From contig JBDRJV010000016.1 in the NCBI GenBank assembly GCA_043814605.1, forward strand, positions 16,218 to 80,217: DNA of 64,000 nucleotides, in the 5' to 3' direction. The stretch comes from Candidatus Omnitrophota bacterium. GTDB lineage: Bacteria; Omnitrophota; Gorgyraeia; B26-G9. The stretch's first letter is position 1. Each line of letters begins with the position of its first letter. The notes beneath the pieces are model-generated. The model worked only from the letters and a program-made list of their open reading frames with translations. It was not told the DNA's origin and did not search any database. Shown here one piece after another: positions 19,736 through 30,641 of this stretch. The translations under genes were made by a program, and so were the position numbers.

Positions 19736-21839
19736 ATGAGTGATACAATTCTGGTTTGGTTCACTTTTTTTGGTTCTAGTGCGGCATTGATATTTGCGGG
19801 ATTTTTAGCAATAACTATTTTAAAACAAAGTGAAGGCAATAAGAAGATGCAGGAAATTGCTCAGGCAGTACGCGAGGGAGCAGGTGCGTATCTTAAACGC
19901 CAATACTCGGTTGTGGGAGTTTTTTTTGCTATTGTTTTTTTTAGTTTTATTTTATTTAGTTTATCGAGGATATCTTGTGGTTTTTGTGCCGTTTGCTTTT
20001 TTAAGCGGAGGATTTTTTTCCGGGTTGTCCGGTTTTATCGGTATGTCTATTGCCACGCGGGCAAGTAGCAGAACAGCACAAGCAGCGAGTGAGAGTCTAA
20101 ATTCCGGCTTGCGTATTGCTTTTTCCAGCGGTGCGGTAATGGGCCTTGTTGTCGTTGGATTGGGGTTATTGGATTTAAGTATCTGGTATGCAATTTTAAA
20201 TTGGTATTACAGTTCTCATGCTTTACCGCACGGATTAGATAAAATCGGTGCAATTACTTCAACCTTGCTGACATTTGGTATGGGTGCAAGTTCTATGGCG
20301 CTTTTTGCCCGTGTGGGCGGAGGAATTTATACTAAGGGTGCGGATGTGGGTGCGGATCTTGTGGGTAAAGTAGAAGCGGGAATTCCGGAAGATGATCCGA
20401 GGAATCCTGCGGTGATTGCCGATAATGTGGGGGATAATGTCGGTGATGTTGCGGGCATGGGAGCAGACCTTTATGAATCATATGTTGGTTCAATTGTGGC
20501 AACCATGGCTTTAGCTTCTGCTGCGGGATTAGGGATTCGAGGCATTACCGTACCGATGATTATAGCGACTTTAGGAGTTATTGCTTCGATTATCGGAACG
20601 TTTTTTGTCCGCTCCGGGGAAGAAGCAAACCAGCATGTTCTATTAAAAGCTTTACGCAGAGGAGTGTTTACCAGCGCGATAATTATTGCGGTTGCTGGTT
20701 TTTTTGTGGTTAAGAAAACTTTGGGAATTGAAAATATTGGTGTTTATTGGGCGATTATTTCGGGTTTATTTGCAGGAATTATTATCGGCCTTTCCACAGA
20801 ATATTTTACTTCGCATAAGTATAACCCGACAAAAGTTATTGCGGAAAGTTCTCAGACAGGTCCAGCGACAGTTGTAATTTCCGGAATGGCTGTGGGAATG
20901 ATTTCAACCGCAATTCCAGTGTGTTGTGTGGGAGGAGCAATTTTAGCCAGTTTTTATTTGTCCGGCGGGGCAACCAATTTCAATATCGGTCTTTACGGAA
21001 TCGGTATTTCCGCAGTAGGCATGTTAAGTACTTTGGGTATTACCTTAGCTACGGATGCTTATGGCCCGGTTGCAGATAATGCAGGGGGAATTGCGGAAAT
21101 GGCGGGATTAGATCCTGAGGTGAGAAAGCGAACAGATGCATTGGATGCTTTAGGCAATACAACTGCAGCAACTGGAAAAGGTTTTGCGATTGGTTCTGCG
21201 GCATTAACAGCACTGGCATTAATTGTTGCCTATCGGGATGAATTAAATATTTTGGGAAAGACTTTAGAACTAAGTTTGCTAAACCCCAGGGTATTGGTGG
21301 GTCTTTTTATCGGAGGCATGATGCCGTTTGTGTTCTCGGCTTTAACTATGAGGGCTGTCGGCCGGGTAGCGGAAAAGATTGTTAAAGAAGTCAGGAGACA
21401 GTTTAAAGAAATTAAAGGATTAATGGAAGGTGAAACTAAAGCGGATTATACAGAATGCGTAAAGATTGCAACCAGCGGAGCGCAGCAAGAAATGATTATT
21501 CCTTCTCTTTTGGCGATAATTACCCCAGTTTTAGTGGGTTTGTCAATGGGTGTAGAAGCAGTTGTGGGGTTGCTTACTGGCGGAACTGTTTGCGGTTTTG
21601 TGCTGGCGGTGATGATGGCTAACTCAGGCGGAGCTTGGGATAATGCAAAAAAATATATTGAAGAAGGAAATTTAGGGGGGAAAGGAAGTTTCGCACATAA
21701 GGCTGCAGTTGTCGGCGATACCGTGGGGGACCCGTTTAAAGATACGTCCGGGCCTTCAATTAATATTTTGATTAAGCTGATGTCTATGGTTTCTATTGTA
21801 TTTGCATCATTTGTTGTGGCAAATAGTTTATTTAAATAA
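19736..21839 (+). CDS. hppA: K+-insensitive H+-translocating pyrophosphatase, interrupted by an apparent +1 frameshift in a T6 run at 19997-20002
   Basis: The N-terminus ([27 protein letters not shown]...) is in the frame of ORF 19736. The rest (GMSIATRAS..., [51 protein letters not shown]) is in the frame of ORF 19830. Removing one T from the TTTTTT run yields a continuous [17 protein letters not shown] junction that matches H+-PPases. Confidence 0.8.
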
Positions 21840-21922
21840 TAAAATAGTCAGAAGATCCCGCAGTAACGGGATCCCGATGAGAGGCTCAAAGAAGTAACTT
21901 CATTCGGGACTGAAGACTAAAG

Positions 21923-21959
21923 ACCACAGGCAAAGCTTTTAGTGCTTGTGGTTTTTTTG
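21923..21959 (+). terminator. Rho-independent terminator after hppA
   Basis: ACCACAGGCA-AAGCTTTTAG-TGCTTGTGGT hairpin (10 bp with one G-U pair) followed by TTTTTTT. Confidence 0.65.
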
Positions 21960-21976
21960 TTTCAGGGAAGTAGTGT

Positions 21977-23383
21977 ATGAATAAATTAATTGAAAAAATT
22001 CAAAAAAATATATTTGAAAAAAATCTTTTTAAGAAAAGAGATAAAATTTTGATTTGTGTATCCGGAGGGCCGGACTCTGTCTTTTTATTAAATATGTTAA
22101 TGGCATTAGAAAAAGAGTTTAAATTAAATCTAAGTATTGCACATATAAACCATAATTTAAGAACTAAAGAATCGGATAAAGATGAGTTGTTCGTAAGAAA
22201 GTTATCAAAAATTTATAATATTCCAGTATATGTTCAGAGTGTTGATACTAAAAAATTTGCAAAAACAGAAAAAATGAGTTTAGAAGATGCCGCACGAAAA
22301 TTAAGGTATGATTTTTTCTTAAAAGTCTGTAATGAGAATGGAATTAAGCGAATTATTACGGCTCACACAAAAGACGATCAAGCGGAAACAATCCTTATGC
22401 GGATTTTACGAGGAGCCGGGATTAAAGGTTTATGCGGGATTAGTTTTAAGGGTGATTTTTGCGGAAAAAGTTTAATTCGTCCTTTGCTGGAGATTAACAA
22501 GAAAGATATCCTTAAATATTTAAAAGTTAATAAAATTAAATATCGCATTGATAAAAGTAATCTGCGGACAGATTTTTTCCGCAATAAGGTGCGGCTTAAA
22601 ATTCTGCCTGAACTTGAAAAAAATAATCCGCAATTAAAAAATAATTTATTTAATCTGAGTCAAAATGCCAAAGAGATCGAAGCGTATATCCAGAATGAAA
22701 CAGCGCAGATTTTTAAGAAAATCACCCAAAGAGAAAAAAAAGTAATTATTTTAAATAAAAATAAATATTTAAAACTAGAGTCAGTGTTATGTAAAGCGAT
22801 TTTAAGAAAAATCATTGAAAATCTAACTGGAGATTTAAAAAGCATTGATTTTAAACATATTCAAATTTTGGATGATTTTATTAAAGGGGATATTGTTTGC
22901 GGGAAAAGTATCGATTTGCCGCGAGGGATAAAAGCGGAAAAACAAAGATTAAATATTATTATTAGACTGGCAAAACACAAAAAAAATAAAAAAATCAAAA
23001 AAACATACAAACTCAGTTTAAATAAAAAAGTTGTTATTAAAGAGCTGGGGGTTTCTCTTTGTGCCGGAATTGTGGCAAAAAGGGTTAACCTTAAAAAACA
23101 TGCAAAGTTTATAGAATATTTTGATTTAGCTAAAATGAAATTTCCGCTTTTAATCCGTACCCGGCAATCCGGCGACCGGTTTTATCCTTTGGGCTTGAGC
23201 GGGAGTAAAAAATTAAAAAAATTTTTTACAGACCAAAAAATTAATGATGATCAAAAAGACTTAATCCCCTTAATTGTTTCTGGGGGTAAAATCGCCTGGG
23301 TTGGGGGAATGAGGCTGAGTGAAAATTTTAAAGTGGCAAAAAGCACAAAAAAAATTTTAAAAATCCAAATCAGTAAAATATAA
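21977..23383 (+). CDS. tilS: tRNA(Ile)-lysidine synthetase
   Basis: PP-loop SGGPDS near the N-terminus; family-typical length and C-terminal domain. Confidence 0.85.
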   Translation: MNKLIEKIQKNIFEKNLFKKRDKILICVSGGPDSVFLLNMLMALEKEFKLNLSIAHINHNLRTKESDKDELFVRKLSKIYNIPVYVQSVDTKKFAKTEKMSLEDAARKLRYDFFLKVCNENGIKRIITAHTKDDQAETILMRILRGAGIKGLCGISFKGDFCGKSLIRPLLEINKKDILKYLKVNKIKYRIDKSNLRTDFFRNKVRLKILPELEKNNPQLKNNLFNLSQNAKEIEAYIQNETAQIFKKITQREKKVIILNKNKYLKLESVLCKAILRKIIENLTGDLKSIDFKHIQILDDFIKGDIVCGKSIDLPRGIKAEKQRLNIIIRLAKHKKNKKIKKTYKLSLNKKVVIKELGVSLCAGIVAKRVNLKKHAKFIEYFDLAKMKFPLLIRTRQSGDRFYPLGLSGSKKLKKFFTDQKINDDQKDLIPLIVSGGKIAWVGGMRLSENFKVAKSTKKILKIQISKI

Positions 23384-23408
23384 ATTAATTCTGGAAAAAT
23401 AATAATTA

Positions 23409-24317
23409 TTATTTCTTACGTATACCGTAGTAATTAATTTTTGGCGGGGCATCACGCCCGGGTTTCGAAATTTTTACTTCCTGATAGTGCGGTTTGTCTT
23501 TTCGGGCAAGACTGATTAAACATTTTACAAAGTTCATGTTTATCTTACCTTTTTTTGATTCTTCCAGCAATAAGTCTAAGGCTGCTCTTACTGTAAAAGG
23601 ACTGCTGCGGTAGGGCCGGGGGCTGATTAATGCATGAAAAATATCACAAGGAATAATTGTTTGCACGTATTTATTTAATCGCTTTACCCCGCACGGATAA
23701 CCGCTGCCGTCAGAGCGTTCGTGATGTGCAAAAGAGGCTTTAGCAATAATTGAACGGGAATTGTTTAAATAATGTGAAATTAGCAGGTAATCAATTAAGG
23801 GATGTTCTTGAATTATTTTAAATTCATAATCCGTTAAGGGAGTTTTCTTTTCCAGAACTTTTTTTGGAATCCGAGATTTACCGATATCATGCACTAATCC
23901 AATGCGGGCAATTTTATAAATATCAAAGTGCGGATCCTTAAATTCTAAACTTACTTTTATGGAAAGGGCAGATACAATAAGGATATGATTGTAAGTAAGG
24001 GGAAGTGTTTGCTTCATAGAGATTAATTCATTAATTATTGGCTCTGTAAATTCAATCTGGTCAATAATGTTAAGTACTTGTAAAGTGCTTTCACAGTTTG
24101 AAAAAAATGTTCTGTAAGTATCTTTATCGAAAAGAGTTATAAGATCATTAATAATTGTAGTTTTGGAAAGATTTACTTTTTTAATTTGAATATGCTTAGT
24201 TTTAACAATTTTCTGGACTAAATATTTAGTAATTCTTTGCTTGGCTTTTAACAGGATTTTTCCTTCAATATTATAGACATTATATGGCCATTTTGGGCTA
24301 ACCATTTCTTTATCCAT
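23409..24317 (-). CDS. HD-GYP domain protein (putative c-di-GMP phosphodiesterase)
   Basis: HD motif (VHDIGK), HHERSDGSGYP signature, and the downstream conserved residues of the HD-GYP family. Confidence 0.7.
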   Translation of the reverse strand: MDKEMVSPKWPYNVYNIEGKILLKAKQRITKYLVQKIVKTKHIQIKKVNLSKTTIINDLITLFDKDTYRTFFSNCESTLQVLNIIDQIEFTEPIINELISMKQTLPLTYNHILIVSALSIKVSLEFKDPHFDIYKIARIGLVHDIGKSRIPKKVLEKKTPLTDYEFKIIQEHPLIDYLLISHYLNNSRSIIAKASFAHHERSDGSGYPCGVKRLNKYVQTIIPCDIFHALISPRPYRSSPFTVRAALDLLLEESKKGKINMNFVKCLISLARKDKPHYQEVKISKPGRDAPPKINYYGIRKK

Positions 24318-24485
24318 TCTTTATAAAAGATTTAAACATTTAAGCAAAAAAAAAGAAATTACGGATTTAGTCTATCTAATTAAGTTTATCATAACTTATT
24401 AGACTGCGCAAATTTGAGAATAAACCAGAGGATGAAAAAATGATTTAAATCTATGTTATGGCTAATGTTAAAGCAGGTATTTTCC

Positions 24486-24514
24486 TTGACAGTGAATGCC
24501 TTTAGTTATATAAT
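24486..24514 (+). promoter_or_regulatory. consensus sigma70 promoter TTGACA-17-TATAAT upstream of lysS
   Basis: TTGACA at 24486-24491, 17-nt spacer, TATAAT at 24509-24514. Confidence 0.6.
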
Positions 24515-24579
24515 CTACAAATAAACTTCTTTTATACTATAAACTAAAGATAAAGTTAATTATCAGAAAAGGAAAGATA

Positions 24580-26040
24580 ATGATTGATGAGTTTATGGAA
24601 CAACGTATAAAAAAATTAGAGGAATTAAAGCAGGAAGGGATAGACGTTTATATTTCCCGCTTTCCTAAAAAACACACAGCTTTATGGATCAGGGAAAATT
24701 TTAAAGAAAAGGAAGTTGTTTGTACTGCCGGAAGAATTGTTGCTTTAAGAGCTCACGGAAAAAGTATGTTTGGCGATATAAAAGATAATACCGGCCGCGT
24801 ACAATTTTATGTAAAGAAGGATATTATCGGTGAGAAAATATTTTTATTACTGAAAAAACTTGATATCGGGGACATTGTGGGTATTGAAGGCGAATTATTC
24901 ATGACCCATACCCAGGAACCGACAATATCCGCAACGCAAGTAACAATCTTGGCCAAGGGATTGCGGCCGCTGCCGGAAAAATGGCACGGGTTAAAGGATG
25001 TTGAATTAAGGTATCGTAAACGTTATTTAGATTTAATCGCTAATGAAAAAGTCAGGGATGTGTTTTTCCTGCGGAGTAAAATTGTACGCAGTATCCGTGA
25101 TTTTTTAGACGATAAAGGATATTTAGAAGTGGAAACTCCGATGATGCATGCGATTGCCGGAGGTGCCGCCGGAAAACCTTTTAAGACGCATTTAGATGCT
25201 TTAAATATGGATTTAGTATTACGCATTGCCCCGGAATTGTATCTAAAAAAATTACTCGTGGGAGATTTGGAAAAAGTTTATGAGATAAACAGAAGTTTTA
25301 GAAACGAAGGGATTTCCACCCGCCATAATCCGGAATTCACGATGCTGGAAGTATATACAGCTTACGCTGATTATAAAGATATGATGGATCTGGTAAGGGG
25401 AATTATTGAAAATATTGCCAGTAATGTTTTAAGCAAAACAGAACTTGAATTTAACGGGCAAAAAATTGATTTAACCAAATGGCCGGAAGTTTCTTTTGCT
25501 AATCTGATGCAGGAAAATTTTGATATTAACCCGGATGATTCGGAAAAAGTCTGGCTTAAAAAACTAAATGAGAAAGGTATTAAAGTTGAGCTAAAAGAGG
25601 GAAAAATCAGCCGGACGTTTATTTTGAATTTAGTCAGTGATTTGATCGAAGAAAAATTGGCAGTAAATTGCCCAGTATTTGTGACAGATATTTATACGGA
25701 GTTATGCCCTTTAGCAAAAAAGAAAAAAGATAATCCGCTTTTGAGCGAAAGGTTTGAACTTTTCATGGGCGGGATGGAAATAGCTAATGCCTATTCTGAG
25801 CTGAATGATCCGCAGGAACAAAGAGAACGCTTTCTTTTACAGGCAAAAGATGAGGGTAAAGCCAATATTGATGAGAGTTTTGTCGAGGCATTAGAATATG
25901 GAATGCCGCCGGCCGGAGGATTGGGGATTGGAATTGACAGATTAGTAATGTTGTTTGCTAATCAGCCTTCAATTAAAGATGTGATTTTGTTTCCGCAGCT
26001 TAAGCCGGAAATCCAGGAAGAAATAAAAGAAGAGAAATAA
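24580..26040 (+). CDS. lysS: lysyl-tRNA synthetase (class II)
   Basis: N-terminal OB fold; class II motifs including FRNEG and the GGLGIGIDRLVM motif 3. Confidence 0.9.
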   Translation: MIDEFMEQRIKKLEELKQEGIDVYISRFPKKHTALWIRENFKEKEVVCTAGRIVALRAHGKSMFGDIKDNTGRVQFYVKKDIIGEKIFLLLKKLDIGDIVGIEGELFMTHTQEPTISATQVTILAKGLRPLPEKWHGLKDVELRYRKRYLDLIANEKVRDVFFLRSKIVRSIRDFLDDKGYLEVETPMMHAIAGGAAGKPFKTHLDALNMDLVLRIAPELYLKKLLVGDLEKVYEINRSFRNEGISTRHNPEFTMLEVYTAYADYKDMMDLVRGIIENIASNVLSKTELEFNGQKIDLTKWPEVSFANLMQENFDINPDDSEKVWLKKLNEKGIKVELKEGKISRTFILNLVSDLIEEKLAVNCPVFVTDIYTELCPLAKKKKDNPLLSERFELFMGGMEIANAYSELNDPQEQRERFLLQAKDEGKANIDESFVEALEYGMPPAGGLGIGIDRLVMLFANQPSIKDVILFPQLKPEIQEEIKEEK

Positions 26041-26080
26041 GAGATGAGGATTGCAACTTATAACTTAAGGTGATAAATGT

Positions 26081-27265
26081 ATGTTTTATGAATTAAAAAT
26101 AGCACTAAGATATTTTTTAGGCAGCAGAAAAGAAAAATTTATTTCTTTAATCAGTATTATTTCAATCTTAGGTGTTGCTACGGGTGTGGCTACTTTGATT
26201 ATTGTTATCGGAGTTATGACGGGATTTGACCATGAACTCAGAGACAGGATAATCGGCACGAATAGTCATATTGTAATTGACAAAATCGGCGGCTTAGATA
26301 ATGCAGATTATGTCCGCAAAAGTATTGCTCAAATAGATGGGGTCCAAGCCAGTGCCCCTTTTGTTAATACGCAGGCATTATTAGTAACTCCGGATAGGAT
26401 GCATGCTGTAGTCGTGCGGGGAATAGATACAGATCTTGAGAAAAATGTCACAGGATTAAAAGATTTTATAAAAGAGGGAAAGCTTGATTTAACTGACCCC
26501 GGAACAATTATTATCGGTAAAGTCTTAGCCTCGGATATGTTCTTGAAAGTCGGGGATGAAGTAAAATTAGTAACTAAAAAAAATACTAACGGGGATAAAG
26601 TCCAGGTTGGGGCAGTTTTTTCCAGTGACATGTATGATTATGATTCCGGGGTGATTTTAACGTCAATAGATAAAGCTAAAATTTTAACCGATACCCCTGA
26701 AATTGTCAGCGGCGTAAGCGTAAAAATAAAAAATGTTTATGATGCAGAAAAGATACAAAAAAAGATCCAAAATACTTTAGGGTTCCCGTATTACAGCCGG
26801 ACATGGATGCAATTAAACAAAAATTTATTCGAAGCTTTGAAATTAGAAAAAACAGCAATGTTTGTAATTTTAACTTTAATAGTTTTAGTCGCATCGTTTA
26901 ATATTGCCAGTACTTTGATTATGATGGTTATGGAAAAAACAAAAGATATCGGCATAATCAAAGCAATCGGCGGCAGCCCTTATAGTGTGCTGTGGATTTT
27001 TATCATCGTGGGAACTTTGATTGGATTTATGGGGACAGCGCTGGGTGTTTTTGGCGGATTTGGCCTGGCCCATATTTTGCGCACCTTTGAGTTTATCAAA
27101 CTGCCGGAAGATGTTTACTATATGAGTAATTTACCCGTCGAAATTAATATAACTGATGTTATTTGGATTACAGCTGCGGCAATGATGATCAGCTTATTTT
27201 CAACTTTGTACCCGGCAATCAAAGCATGCCAATTGGATGCAGTGGAAGCTTTAAGATACGAATAA
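26081..27265 (+). CDS. lipoprotein-releasing system permease (LolC/LolE/LolF family, FtsX-like)
   Basis: N-terminal TM, large periplasmic loop, three C-terminal TMs with FtsX-family conservation; adjacent to the LolD-like ATPase. Confidence 0.75.
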   Translation: MFYELKIALRYFLGSRKEKFISLISIISILGVATGVATLIIVIGVMTGFDHELRDRIIGTNSHIVIDKIGGLDNADYVRKSIAQIDGVQASAPFVNTQALLVTPDRMHAVVVRGIDTDLEKNVTGLKDFIKEGKLDLTDPGTIIIGKVLASDMFLKVGDEVKLVTKKNTNGDKVQVGAVFSSDMYDYDSGVILTSIDKAKILTDTPEIVSGVSVKIKNVYDAEKIQKKIQNTLGFPYYSRTWMQLNKNLFEALKLEKTAMFVILTLIVLVASFNIASTLIMMVMEKTKDIGIIKAIGGSPYSVLWIFIIVGTLIGFMGTALGVFGGFGLAHILRTFEFIKLPEDVYYMSNLPVEINITDVIWITAAAMMISLFSTLYPAIKACQLDAVEALRYE

Positions 27266-27346
27266 TTTTTGGTAGCAGGCAGCAAGCAACACGTAACAGG
27301 CAATTTATAATCTGAAACTTGTCACTTGTAACTTGGAACGTGAAAT

Positions 27347-28021
27347 ATGTCACTGATTGCAAAAAATATTTATAAATCTTATAAAATTAATTCGCAAAAA
27401 TTAGATGTATTAAATGGGATTTCCTTGAATATAAACCCGGGTGAGTTCATTGCTTTATTGGGAGCGTCCGGAGCCGGAAAATCTACTTTATTACATATTT
27501 TAGGGGGATTGGATGAACCATCAACAGGAGAAGTCTTGCTTAATCATAAAAATATATATAAAATAAGAAGCAAACAATGTGCTTTGTTAAGGAACCAGGA
27601 AATCGGGTTTGTTTTTCAGTTTTACCATCTTTTGTCGGATTTTACTGCTTGTGAAAATGTGATGATGCCGGGAATGATTGCCCGCGCTAAAAAATCACAG
27701 CTTAAACAAAAAGCACAAGATCTTTTAGATCAAGTTGGTTTAGGCAAAAGAATGACTCATTATCCGCATCAATTATCCGGTGGGGAACAGCAAAGAGTAG
27801 CGATTGCCCGGGCTTTAATTAATAAACCCCGCTTTCTTTTCTGTGATGAACCGACGGGTAACCTGGATTCTGTGAACGGAGAAAAAATTTGTGAAATTTT
27901 AATACAGTTGAATAAAGTGAATAATTACACAATGGTTATTGCTACACACTCAAAAGATATTGCAAAAATAGCGGCAAAAGTGATTTATATAAAAGACGGA
28001 TTAATCGTAGATAATCATTAA
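27347..28021 (+). CDS. lolD: lipoprotein-releasing system ATP-binding protein
   Basis: Walker [13 protein letters not shown] signature [15 protein letters not shown], Walker [12 protein letters not shown]. Confidence 0.8.
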   Translation: MSLIAKNIYKSYKINSQKLDVLNGISLNINPGEFIALLGASGAGKSTLLHILGGLDEPSTGEVLLNHKNIYKIRSKQCALLRNQEIGFVFQFYHLLSDFTACENVMMPGMIARAKKSQLKQKAQDLLDQVGLGKRMTHYPHQLSGGEQQRVAIARALINKPRFLFCDEPTGNLDSVNGEKICEILIQLNKVNNYTMVIATHSKDIAKIAAKVIYIKDGLIVDNH

Positions 28022-28034
28022 AGATGGAGGATAT

Positions 28035-28913
28035 ATGTCTCTTAAGATTTATATTGATGGAAAATTTTATGATAAAGAAAATGCAAAAATTTCTGTATTT
28101 GACCATGGGCTTTTATACGGTGACGGTGTATTTGAAGGTATCCGTTCTTATAATTGCTTAGTTTTCAAAATGGAAGAACATATTGACCGCCTTTATGAAA
28201 GTGCGCATACAATTATGCTGGAGCCGGGAATTTCTAAAAAACAAATGATCCAGGCAGTTCTGGACACATTAAAAACTAATGAATTAAAAGATGCATATAT
28301 CCGATTAGTTATTACGCGGGGAGTAGGGGGCCTGGGCCTTGATCCGAGAAAATGTAAAAAAGCTTCAATTATTATTATTACAGATAAAATTGTTCTCTAT
28401 CCCCAAGAGTTTTATCAAAAGGGGCTTAAAATAATTACTGTGCCAACAGTGCGTAATGTTCCGGAAGCATTAAACCCGCAAATTAAATCGCTGAATTATT
28501 TAAATAATATTTTGGCTAAAATTGAAGCGGCTAATTCCGGATACGAAGAAGCAATAATGCTGGATTCCTTAGGGTTTGTAGCCGAATGTACGGGTGATAA
28601 TATTTTTATTATTAAAAATAAAAAACTGATTACGCCGCCGCATACAATTGGCACATTGAAAGGAATTACCCGGGATGCGGTAATTAATCTGGCAGAAAAA
28701 ATAAAAATATCAACTCACCAGCAGATGTTAAGCCGGCATGAAATATTTAATGCGGATGAAGTTTTCTTAACTGGAACAGCGGCTGAAATTATTCCGGTAG
28801 TTTTTGTCGATGGCCGAAAAATCGGCAATGGAAAACCGGGGAAGATGACATTATCTTTGATGAAAGATTTTAAGAAAATTACACGCACCGATGGAGTAAA
28901 GTATAAAGTATAA
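28035..28913 (+). CDS. ilvE: branched-chain amino acid aminotransferase (PLP fold type IV)
   Basis: YGDGVFEGIRSY, catalytic lysine region LNYLNN, and the family-typical length. Confidence 0.8.
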   Translation: MSLKIYIDGKFYDKENAKISVFDHGLLYGDGVFEGIRSYNCLVFKMEEHIDRLYESAHTIMLEPGISKKQMIQAVLDTLKTNELKDAYIRLVITRGVGGLGLDPRKCKKASIIIITDKIVLYPQEFYQKGLKIITVPTVRNVPEALNPQIKSLNYLNNILAKIEAANSGYEEAIMLDSLGFVAECTGDNIFIIKNKKLITPPHTIGTLKGITRDAVINLAEKIKISTHQQMLSRHEIFNADEVFLTGTAAEIIPVVFVDGRKIGNGKPGKMTLSLMKDFKKITRTDGVKYKV

Positions 28914-29059
28914 AGTATAAACAAAATCAATAAATGGGGATGGATTATCCCGCCAAAAAACAGCCCCGCTTAAAAATGGCGGGACAAGCGGGATTAAATT
29001 CACACAGTAACTTATGAGTGCTTTGCTCCATAAGTTACGTGTTCATTTAAGGAGGGAGT

Positions 29060-29560
29060 ATGGTTTGTCAGGTTTGCAATAAAAACCCTGCGACTGTTCA
29101 TTTAACGGAAATAATAAATGAACAAATGACCGAATTGCATATTTGCGAACAATGTGCAAAAGACAAAGGGATTGCCGGGTTAGGACAGCCTTTTGGTCTG
29201 CAGGATTTATTAGCCGGGCTGGTTGATTTTGGTGCGCCGGTAACAAAAGATAAAAAAGTAGTTTTGCAATGCGATAATTGTAAAATGACTTATGAGGATT
29301 TTCGTAAAGCCGGCCGTTTTGGCTGCAGCCAATGTTATGATACTTTTAAAGACAGTTTGGAGCCTTTATTAAAAAAAATACACGGTTCGGTACGGCATTT
29401 TGGTAAAGGGCCAATGCTTGATGGAGCGGAATTTAAAGTTAAAAAAGATTTACAGAATTTACATCTTAAATTGCAACGGGCAATTCAATCTGAAGCTTTT
29501 GAAGAAGCAGCTAAGATTAGAGATGAGATTAAAAATTTGGAAAAAAGGGGTGAGCAATGA
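29060..29560 (+). CDS. mcsA: McsA-like activator of protein-arginine kinase (four CxxC zinc fingers plus UVR-like motif)
   Basis: CQVCNK, CEQCAK, CDNCKM and CSQCYD pairs, with a C-terminal EAFEEAAKIRDEIKNLE UVR-like helix; 4-bp overlap with mcsB. Confidence 0.7.
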   Translation: MVCQVCNKNPATVHLTEIINEQMTELHICEQCAKDKGIAGLGQPFGLQDLLAGLVDFGAPVTKDKKVVLQCDNCKMTYEDFRKAGRFGCSQCYDTFKDSLEPLLKKIHGSVRHFGKGPMLDGAEFKVKKDLQNLHLKLQRAIQSEAFEEAAKIRDEIKNLEKRGEQ

Positions 29561-30609
29561 AAATTAACGACTTGATTAAACAAACTAGCGGTTGGTTAAA
29601 AGGTACAGGTGCTCATTCTGAAATCGTATTTTCCAGTCGTATTAGACTGGCGAGAAATTTAGAAAAAATGATTTTTTCCGGCTGGGCAAAAAGGGAACAG
29701 CTGGAACAAACCCGGGCTGTTTTGGAACCCGTGGTAAATGAACTCGAAGAAATTAAAAAAGATGGTTTGTATTTGAAAATGGATGATATTTCTGATGTGG
29801 ATAGACAAATGTTAGTGGAGAGGCATTTGATTAGCCGGGAACTGATCAATAATCATCAATCCCGGGCGGTATCTTTAAGCCGGGATGAAACAGTCTCAAT
29901 TATGCTTAATGAAGAGGATCATTTAAGAATACAAGTGCTTTTGCCGGGATTTGCCTTAGACGATTGCTGGGATAAAATAGAAAGTATTGATGGCCGGCTT
30001 GAGAAAAAATTAAATTTTGCTTTTTCCGGTAAATGGGGATATCTTTCTGCTTGTCCGACCAATACCGGAACCGGAATCCGCGCATCAGTAATGCTGCATT
30101 TGCCGGCCTTGGTTTTAACCAAACAAATTAACCGGGTGATTCAAGCAATTGTTAAATTAGGTTTAACCGTTAGGGGCCTTTTTGGCGAAGGCACAGAAGC
30201 GGCAGGAAATTTTTTTCAAATTTCTAATCAGGTTTCATTAGGACGAAGCGAGTTGGAAATTGTGGATAATATTAAGCGGATTATTAATCAGGTGTTAGAA
30301 TATGAACAAAACGCGAGAAAATCTTTAACCAACAAAAATAAAAGCAGCTTAGAAGATCAAGTCTGGCGTTCTTACGGAATTTTAAAAAATGCCTATATTA
30401 TTTCCAGTGCAGAATCAATAGAACTTCTTTCTAATGTCTGTTTAGGTATTGATTTGGGATTAATTAAAAAAGGGGTAACTCGAGAAGTAGTCAATGAACT
30501 TTTTATCCTGACGCAACCGGCACATTTGCAAAAACTTGAATCAAAAACACTTAATGCTAAGCAAAGAGATATAAAACGTGCGGAATTAGTCAGAAAAAAA
30601 TTAAAATAA
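29557..30609 (+). CDS. mcsB: protein arginine kinase (ATP:guanido phosphotransferase)
   Basis: SRIRLARNL and the phosphagen-kinase active-site block [13 protein letters not shown]. Confidence 0.85.
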   Translation: MKINDLIKQTSGWLKGTGAHSEIVFSSRIRLARNLEKMIFSGWAKREQLEQTRAVLEPVVNELEEIKKDGLYLKMDDISDVDRQMLVERHLISRELINNHQSRAVSLSRDETVSIMLNEEDHLRIQVLLPGFALDDCWDKIESIDGRLEKKLNFAFSGKWGYLSACPTNTGTGIRASVMLHLPALVLTKQINRVIQAIVKLGLTVRGLFGEGTEAAGNFFQISNQVSLGRSELEIVDNIKRIINQVLEYEQNARKSLTNKNKSSLEDQVWRSYGILKNAYIISSAESIELLSNVCLGIDLGLIKKGVTREVVNELFILTQPAHLQKLESKTLNAKQRDIKRAELVRKKLK

Positions 30610-30641
30610 TAAAATTATTTCGTGAGAAAGGGGATCAGATT

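Noticed and set aside
19830-19990. The N-terminal extension of ORF 19830 ([18 protein letters not shown]...)
   Set aside because: Out-of-frame read-through of the true hppA N-terminus. The real start is the ATG at 19736 in the other frame, followed by a frameshift at about 20000.
28914-29059. CtsR operator upstream of mcsA
   Set aside because: No GGTCAAA-type direct repeat is present; only a nested GC hairpin.
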